In this document: one piece after another, positions 50,037 to 64,000 of the stretch
Numbering within the stretch: the stretch's first letter is position 1
Layout: every line of letters starts with the position of its first letter
Assembly: GCA_028534125.1 (NCBI GenBank)
Contig: CM052817.1
Coordinates: 82,462,001 to 82,526,000, forward strand
DNA from: Lama glama
Taxonomy: Eukaryota
Direction of reading: 5' to 3'
DNA length: 64,000 nucleotides
Program-made: the position numbers and the translations under genes
The notes under the pieces: generated by a model
The model's input: only the letters and a program-made list of their open reading frames with translations
What the model was told of the DNA's origin: nothing
Databases searched by the model: none

Positions 50037-51084
50037 ATTTCCTTCTGGTTAAAGGATATTCAGAAAACATTGATAGTTTGTAACTGTAGGCTATGCTGTT
50101 AAGATAAATTAACTAGTTCTATGGAAAGACTATGAAAAATATGAATAAAAAATGTAGACCCTCCCACTGAAAGAGTTATAATTTAGTGGAAGATATGATA
50201 GCACTTAATAATCCAAGAATTATAATGTATGGACAACAAACACTCCTTAATCAGCCAGTATTGGGCCTCTAATATGTCTAGCCCTCAGAGATTTTATACA
50301 AGATCTGAGACTAAAAACTAAGGACTTTAGTTCAGTTTTTTTTTTTTTTTTACCTTTTTAAGAAGTTTTCCTAGAAAGTCCCTTTGGGGTTCTTTGTTTA
50401 CAAAATCATGCTCCACAGTAGCATTGGTAGTTTTCTATACTTAATTAACTATTACAAACATGTAGCCAGTAAGTTTTAGACAAGGCTGCCAAATTCTTTC
50501 CAACTCTACTCTCAATTTCTACACTAGCTTTCCTGATGCCTAGCTGCTAGTCTCTAGCATTATGGTAAATTCTAAGGCTCTTTATGTGATTAAGACAACC
50601 AATATAAATTTGAAGAGAATTCAGAATAAATAGTTTATCACTCTGATGTTGAAATTCATGGGGAATGGAATACAAGAATCTTGTAATTTTTTTAAATAAA
50701 TGATTAATGGATGTTTACAACAGGCATTTTGTTAAATTGTCAGATGAAGAGACTGTGGTCCCTAAATTGTATTAATAGAAAAGAAAGGATTCATGTGCAT
50801 ACCAATTACAAATGAGTGGAAAATGTGAGTTTAGCACACTGAGGAAAAAATGAGAAAATATTCTTGATGAAGTAGAGTACTGACAGGATAAATGTACACT
50901 TGATTTAGTAGTAGGTAAGGTTGATTGAATGAAGATACTACTATGTCAGAGTCTGGATTTAATCCTACTGTTACCAATGGCCACAGTAAACTGTAAATTA
51001 ATGTGGTGCCGTAATGAGGTGATATTACAAAATATGAAATTTATTAGTCCTCTTTTCTCTAAGTATTCTCCCTGTGTTCTTTTG

Positions 51085-52690
51085 TTGATTGAAGTATAAC
51101 TGATAGTACAAAAAAAAAATCCTGGACATACTTACTTGATTCAGTTGGATAATTTTGGAGAAATGCATACATCCATGAAATCATAACCACAAATAAGGTA
51201 ATAAACATGTACATCACCTCAAGAAGTTTTCTCTTGCCTTTTTGATTTAGTGTTTACTTATTTGTTTTTGTTTTTGCTTTATTGGTGGTAAGAACACTTA
51301 ACCTGAGTTCTACCTTCTTAACAGTTTTTTAAGTGTGCAATACTGAATTGTTAGCTGTACATACTATGTTTTACCATAGAACTAGGACTTGTTCACCTTG
51401 CATAGTTTAAACTTTATACCTGTTAAAACCTGAACTCATTGAACAACTCTCAATTTCCTCTTTCCACCTAGGAAATCACCATTTTACTTAGTGTTTCCAT
51501 AAGTTGGATGCAGTGTTTATCCTTCTTGTACTGACTTTTTTTCAGTTAGTATAACATCTTCAGGTTCATCCGTGTTGTTTCAAAGATTTCCTTTTTAAAG
51601 GATGAATAATATTTTATAAATATACCACAGTTTTCTTTATCCATTCATCAGTCAGATGACAGTTAGGTTTTTTTTTTTTTTCAAATCTTGGCTTTTGTAA
51701 ATAATGCTGCAGTGAATATGGAGTGCAGATATCTCTTTCAGATCCTGATTTCAATCCTTTTGAATATTTACCCAGAAGTGGGAATACTGAATCATGTGGT
51801 AGATCTATTTTTAATATTTGGAGATATTGCAGCTGCACCACTTTACATTCCCACCAATATATAAGGGGTCCAATTTCTCCACATCTTCACCACAACAGTT
51901 TTTGTCTTTTTCTCTCTTTTAAAAAAAAAAAGTCTTGAACAGGTATAGGGTGATATCTCATTTGGTTTTGATTTTCAATTTGATTAGTGATATTGAGCAC
52001 CTTTTCCTTTACCTGTTGGCTATCCGTGTGTCTTTGGAGAAGTATCTATTCAAATCCTTAGCCCATTCTGTTATTGGGTTATTTAGGGGGTGTGTGTGTG
52101 TGTGTGTTTGTTTTGTTTTCTTTTGTTTTTGCTACTGAGATATGAGTTCTTATATATTTTGGATAGTAACCACTTAATAGATAAATAGTTTGCAAATATT
52201 TTCTCCCATTCAGAAGCTGCCTTAACATTTTTTTTTTTGCTTTGCAGAAGTTTTTAGTTTGATATAGTCACATTTCCTATTTCTGCTTTGTTGTGTGTGC
52301 TTTTGGTGTCATGTTCAATAAATTATTGCCAGAGCCAGTGTTAAGAAGTTTTTCCCCCATGTTATCTTCTAAGAGTTTAACAGTTTCATGTCTTTTGTTT
52401 AAGTCTTTGATCCATTTTGAATTCAGTTTTGTACCTGGTGTAGGGTAGGGGTCCAGTTTAGTTCTTTATCATGTGGCCGTCCAGTTTTCCAGCATCATTA
52501 TTTATTGAAGAGACTGTCCTTTCCCCATTGTGTATTCCTGGCACCTTTGTTAAACATCAGTTGACTCTTGATGTGTTTGCCTATTTCTGAGCTGTATATT
52601 CTATTCCATTGGTCTAAATTGCTATCTTTATGGTGGTATCATACTTTTAAAAATTACTATAATTTTGTAATATTTTTTGAAAATAGGAAT
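51085..52690 (-). mobile_element. L1MA-like 3' fragment
   Basis: gtggtaagaacacttaacctgag; gagtgcagatatctctttcagatcctgatttcaatcc; gtccagttttccagcatc. Confidence 0.9.
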
Positions 52691-53869
52691 TTTCTGTAAA
52701 AATTTTATTCTAGCTTAACAAATTTATCCATAGATCCCTCAAAATTATTTCTCATGTGTTTATTGTTGCCATCTTGTTGAGAGGTGTAATGTTTAATGGC
52801 AAAACTCTAGAGTCATTCAAACTTACATTGATTTTACAGTTCCTTTTGTACTAGCTATGTGACACTGAAGATGTGTTTAGCATCTCTGCTCAGTCAAATG
52901 AAATTTACAAATATTAATGATTCCTACTGATTGTTCTTGGCTATTCATTTGAATGGACACAATGACCAGTCAGTTCACAAAGCTCAACTTGTAATAAATG
53001 AAGTAGGGTACATATTATATATAAAAACATGGCACATATTATAGACAAACTATTTCTCCTAATTTGATAAGAACTTGATTTTATAAAATACCTTTCTTTT
53101 CATAAATACAGAATTTTGTGATTGGCAATCTGTATATTCAGATGGTGTGGTAGGGATTGCTGATTTCATGCCATATGCAATTCTTATATTTCAAGGAAAA
53201 TATGATTTTAAACTTGTCAAATGGTCTCCCAGAATAAAGACTTCATTTGCCACCTCCCTTGAAGGCAGTTGTTTGCACAGAATAATTTCTGGGCAGTGAA
53301 ATGTGAACAGAAGTCAGAAGGCATCTGTTTAATTTCAGTCATGCTTTTCCAAGGTAAGAACCTGCCATGCCCTTCTCCTGTCTCTGGAGTTCCATTTATC
53401 ACAGATTGCCCCCAGAGGGTAGGGGGACATATGTCCATGGATTGCCTTATGTTTCTGACACAATCAGTAGTAGGCTCTACTCTCTGTCTCTCAAAGAATT
53501 TAAATGACTTATATATTTTTATTTAATTTATGTATTTATTTCTTGTCACTCCATCTAGAATCTAGTAGAGAACTGTGCCTGAGTTAAAACCAAATTTACA
53601 CCATTTACTAGCCTGTGGTCATGGGCAACTCAGTTGATTTCTGTTTCAGTATCATCCTTCTTACTTAATAGAGTTGTTGTGAGGATTAAACAAGATGCTT
53701 TACTTAATAATCTGGACTTATCACATAGCAGTCACTCAATAAATATTTGCTATCTTCATCATCAGTCATCATCATCTTCATATCTTAAGTAACTATGGAC
53801 ACTACTTTGTTACATAGATGTCAAATGAATATCTACTGGTTGGGTTATGTAGCATTTTTGGTCAATCAT

Positions 53870-54063
53870 GACCTCCCTCACTACATTCCACATATGAGGA
53901 CAGAGCAAGAAGACAGCTATCTATGAACCAGGAAGCAGGCCTTAACCAGACACTGAATCTGTTGATCTTTGATTTTGGACTTCCCAGTATCCAGAACTGT
54001 GAGAAAAAAGTTTCTAGTGTTCAGTCTAGTAGTTTGTTATAGCAGTCCAAATTCACTAAGACA
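53870..54063 (+). mobile_element. MLT1-like LTR 3' part
   Basis: gaaccaggaagcaggcc..accagacactgaatctg..ttggacttcccag..ccagaactgtgaga..gttatagcag..ctaagaca. Confidence 0.8.
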
Positions 54064-55042
54064 AAAACTTACGACTTAGACAAAAACTGTTACTTTGGTC
54101 AAATTATGAAACTTCACTATGTCTCATTTTCTTCATCTTTAAATAGTATCAATTTATGTAGTTCTGAAGAATAACTGATGTATCAATATCCATAAATATT
54201 ATCCATTTGTTTTCTTTTTCATGGCCAATCTACTTCTTCCAAGAAATCTTCCTAGATTACCTCACCTCACAGATTCTCTTATTGACCACACTTGTGTGTT
54301 TAAATAAATATATAGCATCTGGGAATTTCAGCTCAACTCTCCATATGATTGATACAGCATTGGTAATGAAGGCAAAGATCTATTAAGGTGTAGACTTGAT
54401 ACCACATATGTGTGTATTTCTTATCTTTGGCTCAATGTATAAAAGATCTTGGCATTTAGTTGCTTTTCTTGGATGCAGTCAAAAACCCCAAATTCTATGA
54501 AGGCTAAATTTACACTAGAAAAATCACTGAGTCCTCATCAGAAAGTAATACTGCAGGATAAGATAATGATGGGTACTATTATCAATATTTTTATATAGTT
54601 TGTATGACTACTAATAAAAATTATGTAAGAACATAGATAACGTATCTCATTAAATAGAAAAGAACTTTCTAATATATACAGACATTTAATATTCCATGAT
54701 ATCCAATAACCCTATAAGACAGTTGTTTCCCATTAGAACATTAATTTACAAAAGTACTATTACATAAATAAAGTATTTACATGATTTCAAAGGACATCAG
54801 AACCATAGACATTGACTATATGCATTTGCTCTTAAATTAGACATCAATAGTAATGTTATGGAATATATGTGAACTTTAATTGAAAATAGGAAAAATAATT
54901 TCATTAAAATGCGGGATAATTACTTCATTCCCTGGCAGGTTTTTTTTTTAAATCCATTTAAGTACTTCAACATAATCAACCATAGTTAAATATCACATTT
55001 AGTTCTTATTTGTATGTAAGATCTACATTCATGGTTTATTTT

Positions 55043-55399
55043 CTTGCCTGTGGTCTTATTGCAGGGAAAAATGTGATCTAGATTTAAATAAAATAACTAC
55101 TTTTATAGTTAATATCCATATGCTGCTCACATTGTAAATGAAAATATGTCACCATATGTTGGCCTTCATAAAATTTCAAAGCTCTGTTATGAAGTCCAAC
55201 CATTAATATCTTCATGTTTTGCCAAGTCAACATAGTAGACTCTTTTTTAGACCACATAGAAATAACACTTGAGTGCCAAAAATGGAACTTTCGAAAAATG
55301 CATTTTAATTTGCAAACAATTACTATTAAGTGAAGCTTTTTACCGTAAGCAATATATATAAATAATATACTGGGATGTTTCACTCAGACCACAGGCAAG
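55043..55399. repeat. 14-bp perfect inverted repeat pair about 330 bp apart
   Basis: cttgcctgtggtct (55043-55056) and agaccacaggcaag (55386-55399). Confidence 0.8.
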
Positions 55400-56378
55400 G
55401 CAACAAGCATTTAAAATATTTGCCACCTAAGAATATTTTATGATCAAATGAAGACAAGTTTAAATATCATTAGTGTTACTGCAAGTCATCTAGTTGGGAA
55501 TTGACAGATTATTTACACAACCTCTGGTGAAAATGGATTGCTAGGACAATCAGATTCTGCTTTACAGGAAAAAAAAAAATGCCCATATCATAATCTCGGT
55601 GACCTGATTCAAAATGTCACACAGGAAATGCTAACTTCCTGTATGAATCATCAGTTCTTCTCACCATTAAAAAAGGAAAGAAAAAAGGAATAGTAATACA
55701 TTAATAGTACATCTTGCCATTTTTATAATTAAGAATAGTGCAGTGTTTGACAAACCATTTACCCATCATTTTCTTTCTGATTTTTTTGAAGTTCCTAATA
55801 TAGTAACATTACTGTTACTGTAATGAACCTCACTTCAATGAAACAATTTTTAAGATTGCATTTTAAGTGATACTGACATAAATGACTTCTTTCAACGTAA
55901 ATTGCTGTAGATAAGAGAATTTATTTTTTACAGCAAATTTTTTCAACCATACGTTTAGGAGTAAGCAGAACAATTTTGTGTAAATCATATTTTGTAAGAA
56001 AGGATGTAGAACAGGGTACAAGCATATGTAACTTGATGGAAATACTATCATTAATTGTATAGATTGCCAAATGGAATTCTCTAGTCTCCAGAAGCTGTGT
56101 TTACTGCCTTTTTCCAAAGTGACTTAATGGATTTTCAAAACCATGTCTTCAGTTACATTGTTCTTGTTAAATGGAAAGTTTAATTTTAAGCTTCTCCTGA
56201 TTCCATTTAGTGGAAGAATCTCTTTTGCATAATCCTACAGCCTTTCTTTATTGCAAAGACCTTTTGTAGAACTTTGCTATGTGAGTTTCTCTATACTTAG
56301 GGTTGATGGAAAATTTTTGAAAAATGAAAATGCACATTTTGACCTTAAGGCTTCCACCTTATTTAAGTACATTACTGG

Positions 56379-56512
56379 TGAGGGGGAAGGTATAGCTCAA
56401 GTGGTAGAGTGCATGATTAGCATGCACGAGGTCCTGTACCTCCTCTAAGAATAAACAAAACCTAATTACCTCCCCCATCAAAAAAAAAAAAAAAAGAAAA
56501 AAAGGAAAATAA
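56379..56512 (+). mobile_element. tRNA-Ala-derived SINE (camelid Vic-1-like)
   Basis: ggtatagctcaagtggtagagtgcatgattagcatgcacgaggtcctg, A tail, 14-bp TSD AAGTACATTACTGG at 56365 and 56513. Confidence 0.85.
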
Positions 56513-58039
56513 AAGTACATTACTGGAATTACCTCTGTTAAACAGCTCCAGACTTCTCAGACTGCATAAGATTTAATTAAGAGAATACACTGTGACACAG
56601 AGGATTTTAGAAAACAAATTTTCAAAATAAAACTTCCATCTATTTTCGTTTATCCAATAAATATTTTTTGAGTGCCTACTATCTTGTCAGGCAAAGGACT
56701 AGGAATGGAAATTTTATACATACATAATATAAGATTCCTAGATTATTCCCATATAAACTATGTTGTGCTCTGCACTGTGAGAAATTTTGCATACAAAAAT
56801 TACAACTTTGTTTTCAATGACAATAAAATTCCTTTTCAAAATAATGAAAAAATTTAAAAATAAGCTGTCAATAAATATACCACAAATGTTTTATTCAAAA
56901 CAGTGTACACATTATCTCTTCTTTTATATAAAAGTGATAGAAATAAATAAAAATAATATGTAAGTTAAGCACACAACAAGGAAAATTAACCGACTATGAG
57001 TCAACTGCTAAGGGGGAGTTTTTTTCATTAACAGAAAATAAATAGAGGAATATAGAAAATGGAGGCGTGATAATTGAAAGTTCCTTGGAAAACAAAATTA
57101 CAAAGAGGGAGAAGAGAGCATGACTTTGTATAAGTAAACAAACAATCTGTCCAGAAAAAGCTCTAAATGATATTTTTCTCCCTGAATGGAATTTGACTCA
57201 GAAATGTTAAATGGGTGATTGAATTAATGGATCTGAAAGCATGGGGATTAATTTAAGGTTTGTCAGTGGAACAGTTGATACTGCTTACCACCCACCCCAA
57301 ACTCAACCATCAGCGTTTAATTCTTACCAAGTATCAACTCCCCACAACTACGCACCCTCTGCAAAAGAATCAGATTTTCTGGGGATAACTTGGGTTCTTA
57401 TGTAGATTTGATGCACTAGACCAAAACATCTGCTTTTTGCTATTTTTGAGCTACATAAACAAGTTTCAACTTCTTTTCATTTACTCTAAAATAAAGACTA
57501 CCAACTGAGAAACTTAACCTATAGAAATAGTTAAAAATATGCTTTTATGTTGCATTACTTTAAATATACAGGCCAAAAAATGACCACCAAACTTTTGAGA
57601 AAAGCTTCAAGACAGTATTAGGCAACAGTTAACAAAATATTGGTTCAGATGAAACCAAAGTAATTCAGAAAACAATACTTTAAAATAATGCTAATTGATA
57701 ACTTCAGAGAAATTTGGATGAGTGCTAGATTTATTACCACCCAACTCCAAAATTTAAAAAAACTGAGTGCTTAAAGTGATCCCTACTGAGAGTGTGACCA
57801 GGGATGAGGACAGCGGGGGCCAGACAAGATATTTTTCATTTCAGTCTTGTCTGAACTATTTAATTTTGCTTATATGCAAGTATTAATTTGATGTAGAATT
57901 AAGTAATTAATACCCCCACAAATTCAACAAGTTTCAAACTACTTATATTGATTGAAATAATTGCAGTGTTGCAGATATGCCAGATTTATAATGAAAATTG
58001 CCCTGTTGCTTATTCGAAATCTCTAAATTGTGTATTTCA

Positions 58040-58930
58040 AAGGCAAGTTATGGTTACCATCTGCCACTCCACTCCTTCTCCCTAAACCTGGGTCCTTTCC
58101 AGAGTTCTGTTTCATCTAGGGAGTCTCCATCACCTATTCAGTGTGTAAATGAGAAACTAGAAGCCTAGGCTATATTCTTAACATACTCGACCACATTCTC
58201 TTGGCTCAGTGAATCCATCACCACACAGCATCTTTACTCTATGATAATTTATCTATCCGGGTATATGTACTTAAGCTAAAGCCATTATCATTTCTCACAG
58301 TAGCTATTGTAATGACTTGGTTCATTAGCGTCCTTTGTTCCATGCTTTTCTCCTATGGCATTCCCCCTGCAGCCAGTGTGTCATCTTTTCGGAATACCAA
58401 ACTGTTCATGTGTGTCATTTCTTTGTATAACCATCGTTAATAAGTTTCCTTAGCCCCTAGGATGAAGTCTCGTCCTCTTCTCTTGGCCAACAAAATGCTT
58501 CCACCCGTGACTCCCTGTTCTGCCTCACCTCATAGATTTCTCCCCCTCACACTCTATCCTCCAGCCATGAAGGCCCTTTGATTTTGCTTCCTCTTCTTAA
58601 GGAAACTGCATGCATTGTTCCATCTTCTTTGGAAATCTCTCTCCTTTCTCATCCAGTTAATTTTACACATCCTTTAGACATGAACTCAATATTGGGTCTT
58701 TTCCGTTCTGTCACACTAAGTCCGCTGACAGCCAGTACTCTGATACTTCCCTCCTCAGCACTTACTTGTGGATATTTAGATGATGATTAAATTATTACCT
58801 CTTTATGCCACTTCCATAAACATCACAAGAGAAGAGATAATGTAACATATGTTAATCACTTCATTCCTAGTTTTTCAAGGGTGTCTTGCTTTTAATAAGT
58901 GCTCAAGAAATATTACTGAATAAATAACCA
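58040..58930. mobile_element. L2 fragment
   Basis: ctccttctccctaaacctg..; ends taagtgctcaagaaatattactgaataaat. Confidence 0.7.
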
Positions 58931-59354
58931 TGTACAAAATAATATGTACTTCTTAAGTACTGAAGGAGGTACAAAAAAACACCAGCCACGGTTCCTGCCA
59001 TACGTTTTTTCAATTTATGACATGATAATTTGTCTTTCAAAATTTTCTAAAATAAGAATCTAAATTTTTACCTTTTTATAATATATTTTCTTTCAGGATT
59101 GTTTTATAATATACTTTCTTCTGTGTTTTTTCTTTTTCTAAAAAACAATCCATTTCTAACAGGCATTTAAATTTACTAGTGAAAAATTAGTATATATTAG
59201 TTTTCTTTGTTTCCATGGCTGTGATTTTTCATTTTTCTCCTTCCCCCTCCTCTTTTACCCTCAAATCATAGAGGAGTTAATTATGTAATTTCAGTTAAGA
59301 GAATTTTGCTGATTATATCTACCACAAATGATGTCTTTTACTCAGCATATTAAT

Positions 59355-62300
59355 TTCACTTTTATTTTTAATAAAATATGTATATATTGAAGGTATGCAA
59401 CATGATGATTTGATATACACAATAAAATGATACTACAAACTAATTAACATGTCTTCTGACAGTTACCATTTTGTGTGTGATAAGAGCTCCTGCAATCTGC
59501 TCTCATCAAATTATTGTATTCAGTCAAGTATTAACTATAGTCATCATGCTGTACATTAGATATCAAGATTTTTCATCCTACATAATTTCTTTTCTTAGTG
59601 GTCTCTTCTGAGAAAGGAGTTGTTCATGTCAGTGTAGACAGAATTATCATCATTTTTCATTATTTGCTTTACTGCTTATAGTGTTGAGTGTTTTTGTCTA
59701 AGGTATGCAATCTCCAAAGCCATGGCAATATTTTGCTTTGTTCCATAAACTTTATTGTTTAACTATTCTCATTTACAGATACAGTCCATTTGATATTAAA
59801 TATTTTGTGCATGGTGTTAATAATCTCAAGATTTTTTTCCTCATATGAACCTGTATCTTTTATTGAAAACAGCATATTTTATCTAATCCCTTAAAATGAC
59901 AAATTTTTCATAAATCACATGACTTTTGGTCTCTTTCTGAAAGTTAATTTCTGTCCTTGATTCTTGGGCAGGTGGTCAAAACTTGGGCAATATTGTAAAA
60001 GATTTGATTACTTCAGCTTTAAAATAATTCTCAAAATCTGGTAGTTTAAGTCTTCTGGCTTTGTTCTTTTACATAGTTGCCCTATATAGCATTTTCAATT
60101 TCCACATAAATTTTACAGTACTCTCATCAATATTATAGTAAACATGCTGTGATTTGACTGGGATTACTTTGAATCTACAGAATAACTTGAAGTAGATATA
60201 TCTTCCTTAGGTATTTGATGTTTATGTGTATAAATATATACATATGATTCATACTTTTACTTCATTTTCTATGGTGACTTATGGATATATGATTGAATTT
60301 TATAGTTTAACTTGACATATAGCAACTTATTAAATGTACTTATCACTTCTGATACTTCATCTTTAGATCCTATTAGTATCTTCCAAGAATGCAATCATTT
60401 TGTCTCTGAATAATAGAGGATATATTTCAGACTTACAATCATATCCATTATACTGTTTTCTGGCCTTTATTGTTCTGATTTGGATCTCCAGTAAGTGTTG
60501 AATAAAAATGATAACGGTATATATCCTGTTTGTTCTTAGTTTCAGGGTAACGGTTTTTAGTATTTTATTATGAAACTTTCTAAGTATATGAAAAATTTAA
60601 AGAATTTTACATAAAACCCTATATCCTAACATGTAAAGTAGACAATGATATTTTAATATATTTGCTTGTAACCAATTTATCCAACTCTGAATTCCTCTAT
60701 TCATCCATCAATTCATGATATTTTTGTTACATTTCAAAATAATTTGCAGATCTGTAAATTTCAAACCTAAACATGTCAGCATACAGATTATTAATATAGA
60801 ATTAAATGTTTTACAGATTGTTTTGAAATAAAATTTATTTGCGCACAGAAATGCACAAGTGTTAAGTTTCCCATTAAATAAGTGTTGACAAGTGCATACA
60901 TCTGTGTAACACAAATTCCCATCAAGATATAAATCAATATCAAAGAGCCAGAAAGTTTCCTCATACCCCTTTCCAGTCAATTAATACCCTAACTTTCACT
61001 CTTCCAGGGACATCTACTCTTGTAATTTTCTTTACCATAGATTAGTTTTGTGTCTCATACAAGTTTATGTAAATAAGATGAACAGTATGTAGTCTTTCCT
61101 GTGACTTCTTTCACTTAGCTCATGCTGTCGTTCGAGTACTTCAAAACTTTTTATTGAAGCGTAATAGTCTGTTACACGATTATGCCGAACTTCAGTCACC
61201 CTGATGGTGCAGAACACCTGATGTGGTTCTGTTTAGTTTTTATGAATAAAGCTTTTATGAATATTGTTGTACATGCTGTTTTATGGACTTTTTTATTTCT
61301 CTTTGGTAAATTAGTAGGATTTAGAACTACCGGTTTATTAGGTAGGTGTGTGTTTATGGGTGCAGAACCATAAACACACACCTACCTAATAGGTAGGATA
61401 GATGGTTATGGATCCTTTTTCTAGAATAAGTGTGTGATTTTACACCCCATGAAACATATTTTACAGTTTCAATCGCTCCCTGATCTTGACAATATATGGT
61501 ATTGTCAGTCAGTTGTAGTTATTCTGGTGAATATGTAGTAGCATTTTATTATGATTTTAAGTTGCATTTATCTGATGGCTAATGAAATTAACCACATTTC
61601 CATGTACTTACTTTCCTATGTGAAGCAACGTCCTTTATAAAGGATTCGTTTAAATCTTTGCTTATTTTATTTTTGAGTAGTATGTATTTTTACTGTTAAA
61701 TTATCAGAGTTCTTTATATATCCTAGATAGTGGTCCTTTGTCAGATACATATTTTATGAACATTTCCCTGGTGTCTTGCCTATTTATTGAGTTTTAAAGC
61801 ATTTTTTAATGATCAGAAGGTTTTTTTTAATATATGTATGTCTTTTTAGCATGATACCTACTTTATTATTTTTATGGTAATTGCTTGATGTTTCCTATCT
61901 TAGAAAACTGTATCTACTGCCAGGTCAATCAGATATTCTTCTTCTAGAAAATTGATAGTTTTAGCTATTATGTTTAGTTCTGTGATGCAAATCAAATTAT
62001 TGTGGGGGTATGATGTGATCTAGTGATTATGGTGATTGAGATACTTTGTTTCTATAGAATACCTAGGGACGTTCTGTAAATGTCCTTTATAATACTGAGA
62101 AACCTTTATTATATTCCTACTTTGTGAGAATTTTGGATATAAATTGGAATTGAACAGGCATTTTATAAATTGTTTTCTCTGCCTCTATTAAAATGATTAT
62201 ATCACTTTTCTCTTTTGATTAATTAATATGGAAATTCAACAGGTTGGTTTCTGAATGGTAAACTAACCTACCATACCTAAAATAAAACCCCTTTGGTCAT

Positions 62301-63700
62301 GCTGTATTAACTCTTCTTCCATTGCTAGATTCTCTCTTAATATTTTGTTAAGGAATTTTATGCATATGTTTATGAAGAATATTGGTCTGAAATTTCCTTT
62401 TTTGTGATTTTTTATATCATTTTGGTGTCATGGTTTTGCTGGCCTCATAAAATGAGTTTAAAAATATTATCTCCTCCTCTTATTTTCTGGAAGTGGGTGT
62501 GTAAGATTCCTCTCACTTTTTTTCCTGAAATATCTGGTAGAATTCACCAGTAAAGACATATAATATAAAATCAGTTATGATTCCTTTTTTTATGTTTTTT
62601 CCAGTTATTACTGCCCAACAAACTTGGGAAAAAAAAACCTAACTTTGTTTCAGCATGTGCTTCTCAGAGAAAAAACAGACTCAGTGATTCTTTTTAAATG
62701 GCTAGAGCAATATTCAGATTTTATATTTCTCCTTATATTTCCTGGCTTAAAATTAGTAATATCCATTATAATTTCTTCATAAGATCTGTAGTAATACTGT
62801 ATTTTTTCTATCTTGGTCCATCAATCTTGCCAGATGTCTTTCAGTTTTATTTTTGAAAACAATCAATTTTAGATATTCCTCATTTTCTGTATTTTTCTTT
62901 ATTAATACTTTTGACATATACACTTAATTATTTTTCGTGTAACTGTTGGTTTAATATGGTTTTTTGTTGACTATATAATATCAGCTTATATACAGGTGAG
63001 ATTATATTTTTCTGTAAGCACAGCTTTAGCATTATACCACAAAATTTTGATATATTTTATGTTATCGATCTCTGAAATATTTTTCACTGTCTTTTTTATT
63101 CTTTTCCCTGTCATTTATTCAGAAGTTTATAAATATCCACATACTTATAACTGTACTTATATCTGTCTTTAGTGTTTTAGCTTTTAGTTCAATTCTACTG
63201 TAGTCAGAAAAAATACTTGACTGATTTCAGTATTTTGAAATTTGTTGAGTTAACTTATGTCAAAGCATATAATCAAAGTTGATAAATGTTTTACATGTAC
63301 TTGAAGAATATGAACTCTGTCATTTGGGGGTACAATGTTACAGTATGTGAAGTAGGTCAGATGTGTTATCTTTGTTTTTTAAACCTTAATGGTTGCTCAG
63401 AAATTCTTTAGCCCTCCTTTAACTTTCAGCCTTCATTGACCTAATATTGAGAGAAGGACTCTTAAAAGCATCATTCAGTTCTGGTCATAATTTTTTATCA
63501 CTTGATTTCCAAATTGGCAATCTTTGACTTTGAACTGTTATTGGTTCTCTTTTTATTTCATGTACTTATTGATAACTGTGGGTTTATATCTGATATCTTT
63601 CTGTTTTGGCCAACACATTGATGCATTTAAATATTCAAATAGTATTTTTCTGAGCTTCTTTTTTTGTTGTTTTAATTAGGAGTGGTTGAAAGTTTCTGTT
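59355..63700 (-). mobile_element. Stack of old L1 fragments (L1MA/L1ME-like)
   Basis: ttaactatagtcatcatgctgtacattaga; ctgggattactttgaatctacag; ctggcctcataaaatgagtt; ggtagaattcaccagtaaa. Confidence 0.8.
61336..61391. repeat. Perfect inverted repeat, 24-bp arms, 8-nt loop
   Basis: tattaggtaggtgtgtgtttatgg / gtgcagaa / ccataaacacacacctacctaata. Confidence 0.95.
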
Positions 63701-64000
63701 TTACCATATAGCCAACAATAGCTTCCTGTTGGTCTCTTTCTGATTACTATTTTTTTAAAAAAACAGGTGCTTTTCACAGGAAGTTTTTGTTTTTTGTTTG
63801 TTTGTTTTGTTTTGTTTTGTTTTGTTTTTGACAAATAAGACTGGCCACAGAAGTTACCTAGAAATACAGGTAGTTTCAAAATATGAATGTAGTTTTAATC
63901 ATCTGTTACAGAGACTTAATCATCTCTTCTATGTAGTCATTCCAGTGAGCTAAATCTCCACAACCCCCATAACTTTGAGTTAGCAGGGCATTAGCTTAAC

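Noticed and set aside
56379..56440. tRNA-Ala gene
   Set aside because: No T arm or B box, and it has an A tail and TSD, so it is a SINE.
1..64000. CRISPR array, operon or other prokaryotic system
   Set aside because: Clearly mammalian DNA with no regularly spaced repeat-spacer array.

Overview
AT-rich, repeat-dense mammalian DNA, most likely a camelid (tRNA-Ala-derived Vic-1-type SINE at 56379-56512), with one 500-N gap (44217-44716). I found no intact protein-coding gene. The main result is a decayed multi-exon gene on the + strand, about 8.6-47.8 kb, with about 20 exon remnants in the non-repeat sequence. In order they encode the polycystin-1-family architecture: GPS, TM1, PLAT/LH2, TM2-TM5, S1, TOP domain, S2-S6 with pore segment, then a long charged C-tail. 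Many GT/AG sites survive and several junctions are phase-compatible, but there are many stops and frameshifts and a retro-insertion inside one exon, so it appears to be a unitary pseudogene. By eye it is not a close ortholog of PKD1, PKD1L1, PKD1L2, PKD1L3, PKDREJ or the PKD2 genes, and may be an additional lost polycystin paralog. All reference protein sequences quoted are recalled from memory and aligned by eye, so they need HMM/BLAST confirmation. Also present: an ERV 5' LTR with a tRNA-Arg PBS that has kept its CpGs and carries promoter motifs, two L1-mediated insertions at the same 15-bp target, a template-switch hairpin, and ordinary L1/L2/MIR/MaLR/MER5 repeats. Repeat subfamily names and boundaries are approximate.
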